Shown: piece after piece, positions 8,395 to 18,329 of the stretch
Layout: each line of letters starts with the position of its first letter
How positions within the stretch are numbered: the stretch's first letter is position 1
NCBI GenBank assembly: GCA_963822735.1
Contig: CAWGIU010000015.1
Location: 13,625 to 77,624, forward strand
Direction of reading: 5' to 3'
Length of the DNA stretch: 64,000 nucleotides
DNA from: an uncultured Actinomycetes bacterium
GTDB taxonomy: Bacteria > Actinomycetota > Thermoleophilia > Solirubrobacterales > Solirubrobacteraceae
The notes under the pieces: generated by a model
What the model saw: the letters and a program-made list of their open reading frames with translations, nothing else
What the model was told of the DNA's origin: nothing
Database searches by the model: none
Made by a program: the position numbers and the translations under genes

Positions 8395-9806
8395 GCGCCG
8401 GCCTCCGCCAGCGTCCCCAGCGCCCCGATCAGACGAGCCCGGGTGTCCGCCGGCGCGATGATCTCATCGACGAAGCCCGAGGCGGCCGCGGCCTCAGCCG
8501 CCAGATGCTCGTCCGCGTACCCGGACGCCAGGCTGGCCAGCTCAGCCTCGGGATCCTCGGCGGCACGCAGCTGGCGTCGGGCGGTGATCTTGACCGCCGC
8601 CCGCGCGCTCATGATCCCCAGCTCGGCCTCTGGCCAGGCCAGCACGAGGTCGGCGCCCAGATCGCGTGAGTTCATCGTGATGTAGGCGCCCCCATATGAC
8701 TTCCGTAGCACCACCGTGAGCTTCGGCACCCGGGCAGCGGCGAATGCGCGCACCAGCGACGCGCCATGCCGGATCACGCCCGCCCCCTCCTGCCGTGAGC
8801 CCGGCATGAAACCCGGGGTGTCCACGACCGCGATCAGCGGCAGGCCGAAGGAGTCGCAGAATCGCACGAACCGCGCCGCTTTCTCCGAGCCCGTGGCATC
8901 CAGCACACCACCCAGGAAATGCGGTTGGTTGGCGACCACCGCCACGGGGCGCCCGTCGACCCGGGCCAGGGCGGTGACCACGTTGCGCGCCCACCGCGGC
9001 CAAAGCTCCAGCAGCGACCCGCTGTCGACGATTCCCTTCAGCGCGTGACGCACGTCGTAGGCGCGTCGCGGCTCCTGGGGCACGACCTCGCCGGGATTGA
9101 TCAGCTCCGGCGCTTCGGGCGCCGCGCGCGGTGGCGCCTGGGAGCTGCACGAGGGCAGGTAGCTCAGCAACTCTCGAACGCGGCCGGTGGCGCTGTCCTC
9201 GTCGCGCTCCACCAGATGACAGACGCCGTTGCGTTCGTGTACGCGCGGGCCGCCGAGCTCGGCGGCGTCGATCTGCTCTCCGAGCGCGTCGCGGACCACT
9301 CCGGGCCCGGTGAGAAACATCGCCGCGTCCTCGGTCATGAGTACGAGGTCGGTCAGCGCGGGCGAGTAGGCGCCGCCGCCGGCCGAGGAGCCCGACACGA
9401 CCGAGATCTGCGGCACCACGCCGCTCAACCCCACCGTGTGCCGGAAGATGCGGCCATAGCCGGCGAGCGCCGCCGTCCCCTCCTGCATACGCGCGCCGCC
9501 TGAGGAGACGAATGCCACAACCGGCACCCGCCCCCGCTCGGCCAACTGCAGGACGCGCACGATCGTGTCCGCGTGACGTTCGCCGAGCGAGCCGCCGAGA
9601 TAAGCGCCGTCCTGTGCATAGCAGGCGATCGGCCGGCCCTGGACGGACCCGGTGGCGCCGACCACCCCGTCGCCGGGCACCGCCCGCGCCCCCAGCTTGG
9701 GAGACGTGACGCGCGAACGCAGCACGTTGATGCTGCCCGGATCGCACAGCGCCTCCAGGCGCTCGAGCGGCGTCGTTGCCTCGTGCAGTGGCGCGGTAGC
9801 GCTCAT
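8391..9806 (-). CDS. accD: Acyl-CoA carboxylase carboxyltransferase beta subunit (short AccD6-like form)
   Basis: 471 aa with the two-lobed carboxyltransferase pattern. Motifs seen: GGSLGERHADTI, SGGARMQEG, and FCDSFGLPLIAVVDTPGFMPG. It is embedded in the FAS-II operon. Confidence 0.85.
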   Translation of the reverse strand: MSATAPLHEATTPLERLEALCDPGSINVLRSRVTSPKLGARAVPGDGVVGATGSVQGRPIACYAQDGAYLGGSLGERHADTIVRVLQLAERGRVPVVAFVSSGGARMQEGTAALAGYGRIFRHTVGLSGVVPQISVVSGSSAGGGAYSPALTDLVLMTEDAAMFLTGPGVVRDALGEQIDAAELGGPRVHERNGVCHLVERDEDSATGRVRELLSYLPSCSSQAPPRAAPEAPELINPGEVVPQEPRRAYDVRHALKGIVDSGSLLELWPRWARNVVTALARVDGRPVAVVANQPHFLGGVLDATGSEKAARFVRFCDSFGLPLIAVVDTPGFMPGSRQEGAGVIRHGASLVRAFAAARVPKLTVVLRKSYGGAYITMNSRDLGADLVLAWPEAELGIMSARAAVKITARRQLRAAEDPEAELASLASGYADEHLAAEAAAASGFVDEIIAPADTRARLIGALGTLAEAGA

Positions 9807-11017
9807 GGCCGGGCGTTGTCCGAGCGGAGCACGAGAGCCACGTTGTGACCGCCGAAGGCGAACGAGTTGGAGATCGCCACGCGGCCGGCGCCGTCGGCGG
9901 CCAGCAGTGGCCTCGCCTCGCCCGGTACGTAGTCCAGATCGAGCTCGGGATCGGGAACTTCGTATCCCAGCGTCGGCGGAATCACTCCGGTGAGGAGTGT
10001 CTGCACCGTGGCCACCGCCTCGACCGAGCCGGCTGCTCCCAGCAGGTGCCCGATTGCCGACTTGGTGGACGACACCGGGACTTGCTTGGCGCGCTCTTCA
10101 CCGAGCGCCCGCTTGAGCGCCACTGTCTCGGCAGCGTCGTTGAGCTGCGTCGAGGTGCCATGAGCGTTGACGTAGCTCACGTCATCGGGCTTCAGGCCGG
10201 CGTCAGCCAGCGCCAGCTCGATCGCCGCCGCCGCCGCGACACCGGTCGGCTCGGGTGCGGTGAGGTGGTAGGCGTCCGACGTCGAGCCATAGCCGGCGGC
10301 CTCGGCGAGGATCGTCGCTCCCCGCTCCCTTGCGGCGGAGGCCTCCTCCAGCACAAGCACGCCCGCCCCCTCGCCCATCACAAACCCGTCCCGGCGCGCG
10401 TCGAACGGCCGCGAGATGCCAGTCGGCGAGAGGGCCTGCATCGAGTTGAAGCAGGCGAAGCCGAACTCCGTCAGCGTGGCCTCCGAGCCGCCGGCCACGA
10501 CCGCGTCGGCGTCGCCGTACTGGATCATGCGCATCGCCGAGCCCACCGCGTGAGCGCCGCTGGAGCAGGCGGAGACGACGCCGTAGGTCTGCCCGCGGAG
10601 CCCGTACTTCATCGCCACCGCGGCAGCGCCGGCATTGGGCATGTACTGCGGGATTCCGAGCGGAGAGACGGACCTGGTCCCTTTGTCACGCATCACGTCG
10701 TGCTGGGTCTCGACCGTCTCGATGCCGCCGATTCCGGTGGCGATCACGCTGCCCACGCGCAGCGGGTCGTACGGAAGCTCGTCCCAGCCGGCCTGTCCCA
10801 GCGCCTCGCCCGCGGCGACCACCACCAGCTGCGAGAAGCGGTCCAGCCGGCGGATCTCCTTGACCGACAGGAATTCCTTGGGCTCGAACTCGCTGCATGC
10901 ACCGGCGCCATCGACGATGCCGCAGTGCCCGCTCGCCCAGCGCTCGTGCAGGGAGCCGGCGCCGATCCCCAGCGGGGTGACGGCGCCCAGCCCGGTGATC
11001 ACAACCTGCCGTCTCAC
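9803..11017 (-). CDS. fabF: Beta-ketoacyl-ACP synthase II
   Basis: 404 aa. Contains VVSACSSGAHA (active-site Cys), NAHGTSTQLND and SNSFAFGGHN. Confidence 0.92.
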   Translation of the reverse strand: MRRQVVITGLGAVTPLGIGAGSLHERWASGHCGIVDGAGACSEFEPKEFLSVKEIRRLDRFSQLVVVAAGEALGQAGWDELPYDPLRVGSVIATGIGGIETVETQHDVMRDKGTRSVSPLGIPQYMPNAGAAAVAMKYGLRGQTYGVVSACSSGAHAVGSAMRMIQYGDADAVVAGGSEATLTEFGFACFNSMQALSPTGISRPFDARRDGFVMGEGAGVLVLEEASAARERGATILAEAAGYGSTSDAYHLTAPEPTGVAAAAAIELALADAGLKPDDVSYVNAHGTSTQLNDAAETVALKRALGEERAKQVPVSSTKSAIGHLLGAAGSVEAVATVQTLLTGVIPPTLGYEVPDPELDLDYVPGEARPLLAADGAGRVAISNSFAFGGHNVALVLRSDNARP

Positions 11018-11024
11018 GTGGTGA

Positions 11025-11270
11025 TCACGCAGTGCGGGAGGCGATCAGGTCGATCGCGTCGCCGACCGTGGTGAGCTCTTTCATGTCCTCGCCCTTGAGC
11101 ACCACGCCGTACTCGTCCTCGACGATCTGGGCCAGCTCGACGAGGTCGAGCGAATCGATGTCGAGCTCCTCGAACGTGGAGGTACGGGAGATCTGAGACT
11201 TGTCGGGGCCGAAGCTCGCCAGCGCGTCGATCACGCGCGCCTCGACCTGCTCGGTGGTGACTGTGGCCAT
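11025..11270 (-). CDS. acpP: Acyl carrier protein
   Basis: 81 aa. LDIDSLDLVEL is the phosphopantetheine attachment motif. Confidence 0.92.
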   Translation of the reverse strand: MATVTTEQVEARVIDALASFGPDKSQISRTSTFEELDIDSLDLVELAQIVEDEYGVVLKGEDMKELTTVGDAIDLIASRTA

Positions 11271-11314
11271 ATCGAATGCTCCTTGCCTTGATTGGGTGTC
11301 AGTGGGTCAAGTGT

Positions 11315-12055
11315 TCATGCCGCCAGGCCGCCGTCGACCGTGAGCACGGCGCCGTTGACATAGCTTGCCTCCTCGGAGGCTAGAAAGCGCACGCAGGCGG
11401 CGACCTCCTCGGGCGTTCCCGCCCTCCGCGCCGGCACCGCCGCCAGTAGCTCATGCGACACCGCCGCGGTCATGTCGGTGTCGATCCAGCCGGGCGCCAC
11501 GGCGTTGGCGGTGATCCCGCGACGGGCCACCTCGACGGCAACCGTCTTGGTCAGGGCAACAAGGCCCGCTTTGGCGGCCGCGTAGTTCGCCTGCCCCGCA
11601 TTGGCCCGCAGCCCGACGACAGATGAGACGTTGACGATCCGCCCCGCGCGGGCGCGCAGCATGCCCTTGAGGGCCCGGCGTGTCAGCCGGAAAGCCGCCG
11701 TCAGGTTGGTGTCGAGCACCGAGGACCACTCGGCGTCGCCCAACGATGGCGTCAGGTCGTCTCTGCTGATGCCCGCATTGTTCACGAGCGCCAGCACCGG
11801 TCCCTCGAAAGTCTGCTCGAGTACGCCGAACAACGCCTCCGGAGCGTCCGGATCGCACACGTCGCCGGCGAGGGCGGTCGCCCGGCCGCCGTCGGATTCG
11901 ATCGCTGAGACCACGCGGTCTGCCCGACCACGGTCCGAGCGATAGTTGACTCCCACGGCCCAGCCGTCGGCTGCCAGCGCGCGGGCGATGGCAGCACCGA
12001 TTCCCCGCGAGGCCCCGGTGACAAGCGCAGAGCCATTCTGTGCCGCCGAGCTCAC
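11315..12055 (-). CDS. fabG: 3-oxoacyl-ACP reductase
   Basis: GTG start chosen at 12055, where it overlaps the fabH stop (GTGA). About 246 aa. Contains ALVTGASRGIG, NNAG and YAAAKAG SDR motifs. Confidence 0.88.
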   Translation of the reverse strand: MSSAAQNGSALVTGASRGIGAAIARALAADGWAVGVNYRSDRGRADRVVSAIESDGGRATALAGDVCDPDAPEALFGVLEQTFEGPVLALVNNAGISRDDLTPSLGDAEWSSVLDTNLTAAFRLTRRALKGMLRARAGRIVNVSSVVGLRANAGQANYAAAKAGLVALTKTVAVEVARRGITANAVAPGWIDTDMTAAVSHELLAAVPARRAGTPEEVAACVRFLASEEASYVNGAVLTVDGGLAA

Positions 12056-13059
12056 GCCGCGCCCCATTCGATCACGCCCCCGCCCCAGGTGAAGCCGGCG
12101 CCGAACGCGCTCAGCAGCACGCGTGCACCGGGCTTGAGGCGACCGTCCTGCAGGGCCGAGACGAGCGCCACGGGCAGCGTGGCGGCCGACGCGTTGCCGA
12201 GCGTCTCGATGCAATCCACCACGCGCTCGAGCTTGAGCCCCAGCCGGTCGCCCAAGGCCCGCGTGATGCGGGCGTTGGCCTGGTGGTAGACGAACAGGTC
12301 GATCTCCTCGAGCGAGAGCCCCGCCCGAGCGACCGCCTCGAGCGTCACATCCCCCATCCGCGCGACGGCGTTGCGGTAGACCTCAGGGCCGTCGAGCCGC
12401 AGCTTGCGCTCGGCATGGGTGGCCATGATCGTCTGCCCGTGCGAGCCGTCTGCGCCCAGCACGATCGGCCCGATCCATCCGCAGCCCTCGGCGGTGCCCA
12501 GCACGGCAGCACCGGCGGCGTCGGCGAACAGCGGCGCGGAGCGGCGATCGTCGTAGTCGGTGATGCGGGTGATGAAGTCCGCCCCCACCAGCAGCACGCG
12601 CTCGGCTCGGCCGCTCTCGATCTGCGCTGCGCCCAGCGACAGCCCATAGAGGAAGCCCGTACAGGCAGCGCCCACATCGAACGTCCCCGCCCGCGAGGCG
12701 CCGAGGGCGTGCGCCACCAGCGGCGCGGTGTTCGGAGTCAGCTCGTCGGGGGTCATCGTGGCCACGATCACCAGATCGAGATCTGAGGCTTCAATCTGCG
12801 CGGCTTCCAGAGCCCGCGCGCCGGCCCGCGCCGCGTAGTCGCTGATGCGCTCGTCGGATGCCGCCCGGCGTCGTTCGCGGATGCCGGTCCGCGCCAGGAT
12901 CCAGTCTTCGCTGATGCCATAGCGCTCGGCGAGCTCAGCGCTTGTCAGCCGCTCCGCCGGAAGCTCGGTGGCGAGCCCGATGAGCGCCGCCGTCCGAGGG
13001 GGTGCCGCAACGCCGTCGGCCGGCATTACCGTGCCGGGGAGATGGGTCGCTGTCGACAT
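12052..13059 (-). CDS. fabH: Beta-ketoacyl-ACP synthase III
   Basis: Internal ATG (MSTATHLPG...) of track ORF 12052..13635. 335 aa. Contains DVGAACTGFLYGL (active-site Cys), HQAN and GAGFTWGG. Confidence 0.88.
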   Translation of the reverse strand: MSTATHLPGTVMPADGVAAPPRTAALIGLATELPAERLTSAELAERYGISEDWILARTGIRERRRAASDERISDYAARAGARALEAAQIEASDLDLVIVATMTPDELTPNTAPLVAHALGASRAGTFDVGAACTGFLYGLSLGAAQIESGRAERVLLVGADFITRITDYDDRRSAPLFADAAGAAVLGTAEGCGWIGPIVLGADGSHGQTIMATHAERKLRLDGPEVYRNAVARMGDVTLEAVARAGLSLEEIDLFVYHQANARITRALGDRLGLKLERVVDCIETLGNASAATLPVALVSALQDGRLKPGARVLLSAFGAGFTWGGGVIEWGAA

Positions 13060-13183
13060 GCCGGCCAAACTACGCGCACACGCGCGAGCGGATACAGCGC
13101 TCGGCACGCAGTCCCCCCGAACGGGGGGACGGACGCGATGGTCCGCCCGCCCTGTAACCGCCCGACTGACGTATGGTTCGGCC

Positions 13184-14005
13184 ATGGGCGCCCTGCCGAA
13201 ACCCTCTTCATCCTCCGCGGCACTCATCACCGGCGCCTCGGCTGGTATCGGCGCCAGCATCGCGGGCGAGCTGGCGGCCCGCGGGCACAACGTCGTGCTC
13301 GTCGCCCGCCGCAAGGAGCGGCTGAAGTCGCTGGCCGAGGAACTGGCCGCCGAACACGGCGTTCGCGCCGAGACGGTCAGCTGCGACGTCGGCAAGCCGG
13401 CGCCCCGCGGGCGGCTGCCTGGGCGCATCGCGGAGCTCGGGCTGGAGGTCGATGTGCTCGTCAACAACGCCGGCTTCGCCACCAACGGCCCGTTCCACGA
13501 GTCAGACCCCGAGCGCGAGCTCGAGCAGGTCCGCGTACTCGTGGAGGCCGTTGTCGCGCTCAGCTCGGCATTCATTCCCCAAATGGTCAAACGGCGCCGC
13601 GGGGCGATCCTCAACATCTCCTCCAGCGCCGGCATGCAGCCGCTGCCCTACTCGGCCGGCTACTCGGCGGCCAAGGCGTACGTGTTGACGTTTTCAGAGG
13701 CCCTGCACGAGGAGCTCTCCCGTTACGGGGTGACCGTCACCGCCCTGGCTCCGGGACCGGTGGCGACGGACTTCTGGGAGATCTCCGGCTGGCAGGTGAG
13801 CGGTGGCCAGAGCTTCGAGAAGGCGGTCCCCAAAGCGGCCTGGATCACCGCCGAGCAGGCTGCGCGCGCGGGGGTGAACGGCCTCGACGCTGGCCGTCGC
13901 GTGGTTGTCCCCCACGCCGCGGTGCGCACCACGCTGCGGGCCAGCCATTATGTCCCCCACGCGCTCAAGCTGCCGATCATCGAGCGCGTGATGCGCCCCC
14001 GCTAA
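13184..14005 (+). CDS. Short-chain dehydrogenase/reductase (SDR)
   Basis: Internal ATG of track ORF 12968..14005. Contains ALITGASAGIGASIA, NNAG and YSAAKAY. Confidence 0.8.
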   Translation: MGALPKPSSSSAALITGASAGIGASIAGELAARGHNVVLVARRKERLKSLAEELAAEHGVRAETVSCDVGKPAPRGRLPGRIAELGLEVDVLVNNAGFATNGPFHESDPERELEQVRVLVEAVVALSSAFIPQMVKRRRGAILNISSSAGMQPLPYSAGYSAAKAYVLTFSEALHEELSRYGVTVTALAPGPVATDFWEISGWQVSGGQSFEKAVPKAAWITAEQAARAGVNGLDAGRRVVVPHAAVRTTLRASHYVPHALKLPIIERVMRPR

Positions 14006-14010
14006 GGCCC

Positions 14011-14577
14011 TCACGCCGGGCCATAGCGGACGATCAGCGTGTCGCCGGCCGGCGTTGCGTCGAGCATCCGCAGCGACACGGCCTCCGGGCCGCCCTCGAA
14101 CAACCGCTTGCCGCTCCCGAGCAGGGTCGGAAACACCATCAGCCGCAGCTCGTCCACGAGTTGGGCCGCAAGTAGCTCTCGGCAAAGAGCGGCGCTGCCG
14201 TTGACCAGCAGGTCCCCCTCCACCTCCTGCTTGAGCTGCGCGACCGCGGTCCGGATCTCGCCCGCCAGGACGTGCGAGTTGGTCCATTCCGGGTCTCGCA
14301 ACGTGCGTGAGGCGACGTACTTCGGCATCGAGTTGAACTTGTCGGCAAATCCGATCTCGTCGGTCCGCCCTGGCCAGGCGGCGGCAAAGCCTTCGTACGT
14401 CACACGACCAAGCAGCAGCGCACCGGCCGCCATCACCTCATCGAGCTTGAACTTGTCGCCCTCCGCGCCACGCTCGAACTTGAAGGCCCACCCGCCCTGC
14501 GCCGTTCCCTCCGCTCCGCCGGGGTCGTCGATCACGCCGTCGATGGTGATGAACTCCGAAATGATCACGTTTCCCAC
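14011..14577 (-). CDS. Dihydrofolate reductase family protein (RibD C-terminal domain type)
   Basis: GTG start with GGAG upstream. Translation is VGNVIISEFITIDGVIDDPGG...LLLGRVTYEGF...LRLMVFPTLLGSGKRLF. Confidence 0.75.
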   Translation of the reverse strand: MGNVIISEFITIDGVIDDPGGAEGTAQGGWAFKFERGAEGDKFKLDEVMAAGALLLGRVTYEGFAAAWPGRTDEIGFADKFNSMPKYVASRTLRDPEWTNSHVLAGEIRTAVAQLKQEVEGDLLVNGSAALCRELLAAQLVDELRLMVFPTLLGSGKRLFEGGPEAVSLRMLDATPAGDTLIVRYGPA

Positions 14578-14734
14578 AGCTAGCTCCAATCTCTTGTTTG
14601 CCGATCCAATGACCGCCGCCAGCGCCGAAACTAATCGCTGAGGCGGCCTACCGGGTAGATCGGTCCTTGGCTGACATATCATTCGGTGTATTGACGAGGC
14701 CGCCCCGCCCCGTCTTGACATAGGAGGAATCGCC

Positions 14735-15646
14735 GTGAGCCAGGTTGGTGTCGTCGAGGAGGACAGCGCCGCCGCGTCTGCGCCGATCTGGCGCGAGCTG
14801 CGGCTCACCGCAGAGTTCTCGTCGCTGTTGCGCGCCGAGGCTTTCCGGCATCCCGAGCCGGCGAGCGACCCGGGGATGCCGGTGCTGATGATCCCGGGGG
14901 TGTACGCATCGGACATCACGTTCTTGCCGATGGCCGTGTGGCTTCGGCGTATGGGTTACATCCCCGAGCGCGCGGGGATCCTCGTCAACGTCGACTGCTC
15001 CGAAGCGGAGATGGGCCGGCTCCAGAACCGGCTCGAGCGCGCTGTGGAGCACGCCGACAGGCGCGCGGCGATCATCGGATGGAGCCGCGGGGGGCTGTTT
15101 GCACGCGCTTTGGCCGTCCGCCGGCCGGACCTCGTGGCGGGCATCGTGACGCTCGGCTCGCCGCTGGTAAACCCGCTTCGCTATGTCCACCCGCTGCTGC
15201 ACCTGGCGCTGGAGACGACCTCGTCGCTCGGAGACCGAGGACTCCCGCGTCTGCTGACCCATCATTGCGCCGACGAGTGGGCGTTTGACGGCGCCACCAA
15301 CCTGAACCTGATCACCCGCCCGCTGCTGACGCGCGCGCGGCGCCTGCTGGCCGCCGGCGAGCGGCCTCGATGCTGCGAGCGCTTCTGGCGCGACGTCCGC
15401 GGCCCATTCCCGGACGAGGTTCCCTTCACGTCGTTCTACTCCCAGAGCGACGGCATCGTCAATTGGCACAGCTGTCTCGATCCCGCCGCGCGGCATGTGG
15501 AGGTCGAGGCATCGCACTGCGGACTGGGGGTGTCCACGCGCGTATACGAGGGTCTGGCTGCCGAGCTTCGCCGCATCGGCGAGTCAGACCGCGTGCGGCT
15601 GGATTACGAAGCCGCGCCGCGCGCGGACGCCGCCGCGGCCGCGTAG
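14735..15646 (+). CDS. Alpha/beta hydrolase (lipase/esterase-like)
   Basis: 303 aa. GWSRGG is a nucleophile elbow (GxSxG). The C-terminal SDGIV...H pattern is consistent with a Ser-Asp-His triad. Confidence 0.7.
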   Translation: MSQVGVVEEDSAAASAPIWRELRLTAEFSSLLRAEAFRHPEPASDPGMPVLMIPGVYASDITFLPMAVWLRRMGYIPERAGILVNVDCSEAEMGRLQNRLERAVEHADRRAAIIGWSRGGLFARALAVRRPDLVAGIVTLGSPLVNPLRYVHPLLHLALETTSSLGDRGLPRLLTHHCADEWAFDGATNLNLITRPLLTRARRLLAAGERPRCCERFWRDVRGPFPDEVPFTSFYSQSDGIVNWHSCLDPAARHVEVEASHCGLGVSTRVYEGLAAELRRIGESDRVRLDYEAAPRADAAAAA

Positions 15647-15656
15647 AGTCCCCCTC

Positions 15657-16871
15657 TTGCCCGACAGCCGGGAGACGTTTGGCCGCATCGACGCGCTGGT
15701 GCGGATTGGGCTGAGGCTGGCGCGCTCTGCGCCCAGCGGTCGCGTGCTGCTGGCCCGCATCGCGGACTCGATTGACATGGATTGGGTGCCGCGGCCCTGG
15801 GGGGATGACATCGTCAGCCAGCTCGAGGCCGCACACGAGCAGGCTCGGCGTCCGGTCGAGTTTCGCCGCATCGAGCGGCTGCTTCGCGACGCTTGGGGAA
15901 CCGCCCCCAGCGATGAGCTCGACGAGCTCGATCCCGATCCCGTGGCCGTCACTGCCTCCTCCCAGGTGCACCGCGGAGTGCTCGACTCCCAGCCCGTCGC
16001 GGTCAAGGTGCTGCGTCCCGGCCTCGCCGCCTCGGTGCGGCAGGACCTCACGCTGCTCGAAAGCCTGCTCGCGCCGCTCGGCGCCGCGTTCCCGGCCCTC
16101 GACCCCGGCGCGGTGATCGCCGAGTTTCGCGAGCGAATCCTCGACGAGCTCGATCTGGAGCACGAGGCCAGCGTTCAGCGCCGCTTTCACCGGGCGCTGC
16201 GAAGGCATCCGTTCCTGCTGGTGCCAGCACCGGTGATGCGCCTTGCGCACGAGGGGGTCCTGGTATCGGAGTGGGTCAATGGAGCACCGCTCTGGCGGGC
16301 TCCGGAACCAGACGAGGCGGCGGCCCGGCTGGTGGTGTTCGTGCTCGGAGCGTTCAGAGCCGGAATCATCCATGCGGATCCGCACCCGGACGACGTACTG
16401 GTGCTCGACGACGGACGGATGGCAATTCTCGATTTCGGTGCCACCCGGCTCGTGGAGCGCGAGCGCGTGGAGGCCAATGCCGCCGTGGTCGAGGGGTTCG
16501 CCGAGGGCGATGCCACCAAGTTCGGCGCCGCGCTCGAGCGGCTCGGGGCGCTTCCCGCCCAACACGCACCGACCGCGCTCGGGCTGGTGTCGCACGCACT
16601 CGGCGAGCTCGGTGGAGCGGACCCCGCCAGGCTCGACTCCGAGGCAGTTATCGCCGCCCGCGATCGCCTCTTCGGTCGCCCCCGGGAGCTGAGCGAGGTG
16701 CTCGGCGCCGGCGCCCTGCCGCCGGAGGATCTGTGGCCGGCCCGCGGAACCGTCCAGCTGTTCGCCTCGATCGCCCGGGTAGGCGCCACAGGGCCATGGC
16801 GCGAGCTGGTCCGGGCCACGCTCCGGGACGGCTGGGACGCGGATCCGCACCCGATAGCGTTGGTGTCGTGA
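15657..16871 (+). CDS. ABC1/UbiB-family atypical kinase (start uncertain)
   Basis: Contains AVKVLRPG, ELDLEHEA and IIHADPHPDDVLVLDDGRMAILDFG. I chose the TTG at 15657 as the first in-frame start after the upstream stop. Confidence 0.75.
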   Translation: MPDSRETFGRIDALVRIGLRLARSAPSGRVLLARIADSIDMDWVPRPWGDDIVSQLEAAHEQARRPVEFRRIERLLRDAWGTAPSDELDELDPDPVAVTASSQVHRGVLDSQPVAVKVLRPGLAASVRQDLTLLESLLAPLGAAFPALDPGAVIAEFRERILDELDLEHEASVQRRFHRALRRHPFLLVPAPVMRLAHEGVLVSEWVNGAPLWRAPEPDEAAARLVVFVLGAFRAGIIHADPHPDDVLVLDDGRMAILDFGATRLVERERVEANAAVVEGFAEGDATKFGAALERLGALPAQHAPTALGLVSHALGELGGADPARLDSEAVIAARDRLFGRPRELSEVLGAGALPPEDLWPARGTVQLFASIARVGATGPWRELVRATLRDGWDADPHPIALVS

Positions 16872-18322
16872 CTCCTTCCGAGCCCTCGGGCGAAGAAGAG
16901 CCGCCGGAGCCTGGCGCCGACGCCCTTCCCACCGGCAGGTTCACCCGGGCCACGCGAGCCGCCGGCGCCGTGGCCCCGAGCTCGGTGCGGTTCTTCACCA
17001 CACTGGCTACGAACGCGCTGCGCTCGCCCGATAACGCGAGCGAGCTGCTGCTGCGCCGCCACGAGGACATCGCCGACAACGCTCTGGCCGTGCTGAGCGA
17101 GCTTCGGGGCGGGGCGATGAAGATCGGTCAGCTGGCGTCGTTCGTGGATGTCGATTTGATCCCGCCGGAGTTCCGCACCGTCTACCAGGACAAGCTGGCC
17201 CAGCTGCGGGACTCGGCCCCAGCCATGAGCTGGGACAAGATCAGCCGCGTGCTGGAGCGTGAGTGGGAGCAGCCGGTGGAGTCCCTGTTCGAGGACTTCG
17301 AGCACGACGCGGTAGCTGCGGCGTCGATCGGCCAGGTCCACCGGGCGCTGCTGCCTGACGGCCGGCGCGTCGCGGTCAAGATCCAGTATCCGGAGATCGC
17401 GGACGCACTCGAGGCCGACCTCGGTACAGCGGCGGGGCTGACCGCCATCGCCACGCCGATGGCCAAGGCGATGATGCCGGGCATCGAGCCCGGCAAGTTG
17501 ATCGGCGAGGTGCGAAAGCTCGTGCTCGAGGAGCTCGACTACGAGCTCGAGGCCCAGCACCAACGGACATTCGCGCGCGCCTACAGGGACCACCCATTCA
17601 TCTACGTGCCGAACGTGGTCACCTCCCTGTCCCGGCGCCGGGTGATGGTCTCGGAGTGGGTCGACGGCATGCGCTTCGCCCAGATGCAGGAGCTGCCGCA
17701 GGCCGAGCGCGACCGCATCGGCGAGATCCTGATGCGTTTCTACTTTCACTCCATGGACTACGTGCGGCGCTTTAACACCGACTCGCACCCCGGAAACTTC
17801 CTGCTGCGCGACGACGGCTCGGTGGCGTTCCTGGATTTCGGCAACGTGAAGGTCGTCTCCGAGCGGTGGCTGCGCGACGGAAAGCGAGCCTTGCGGGCCG
17901 TGATCGACGACGACAGAGAGGCGTTCATCGACGCCGTCGTCGACCTGGGCTATGTACACCGCCGCGAGCACCTCGACGTCGACTGGCTGCTCGAGCAGGT
18001 GAAGCTCGCCGGCGACTGGTTCCTCTCGGACCGCGACGTGCGGATCGAGCCGGAGTACGTGGCCAGGATCCTGGCCCAGGTGATGGACCCCAAGTTCATC
18101 TCCCACGGCATTCGAGTGGCCCGCGACCTCCAGGTCCCGCCGGAGGAGATCTGGTTCCGGCGGGTGGAGATCGGCGTGTTCGCCGTGCTCGGCCAGCTGC
18201 GCGCCGCGGGCAACTGGCATCGCATGGCCCGCGAGACGTGGTACGGCGACCCTCCGGCCACCGAGCTCGGCGCGGCCGAGCAGGAGTACTTCCGCCGCCG
18301 CGGCATGGAAATCGTCCGCTGA
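16868..18322 (+). CDS. ABC1/UbiB-family atypical kinase, second copy
   Basis: Its GTG start overlaps the stop of the first kinase (GTGA at 16868-16871). Contains AAASIGQVHRA, VAVKIQYPEI, ELDYELEA and DSHPGNFLL...FLDFG. Confidence 0.8.
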   Translation: MTPSEPSGEEEPPEPGADALPTGRFTRATRAAGAVAPSSVRFFTTLATNALRSPDNASELLLRRHEDIADNALAVLSELRGGAMKIGQLASFVDVDLIPPEFRTVYQDKLAQLRDSAPAMSWDKISRVLEREWEQPVESLFEDFEHDAVAAASIGQVHRALLPDGRRVAVKIQYPEIADALEADLGTAAGLTAIATPMAKAMMPGIEPGKLIGEVRKLVLEELDYELEAQHQRTFARAYRDHPFIYVPNVVTSLSRRRVMVSEWVDGMRFAQMQELPQAERDRIGEILMRFYFHSMDYVRRFNTDSHPGNFLLRDDGSVAFLDFGNVKVVSERWLRDGKRALRAVIDDDREAFIDAVVDLGYVHRREHLDVDWLLEQVKLAGDWFLSDRDVRIEPEYVARILAQVMDPKFISHGIRVARDLQVPPEEIWFRRVEIGVFAVLGQLRAAGNWHRMARETWYGDPPATELGAAEQEYFRRRGMEIVR

Positions 18323-18329
18323 GCCCTGT

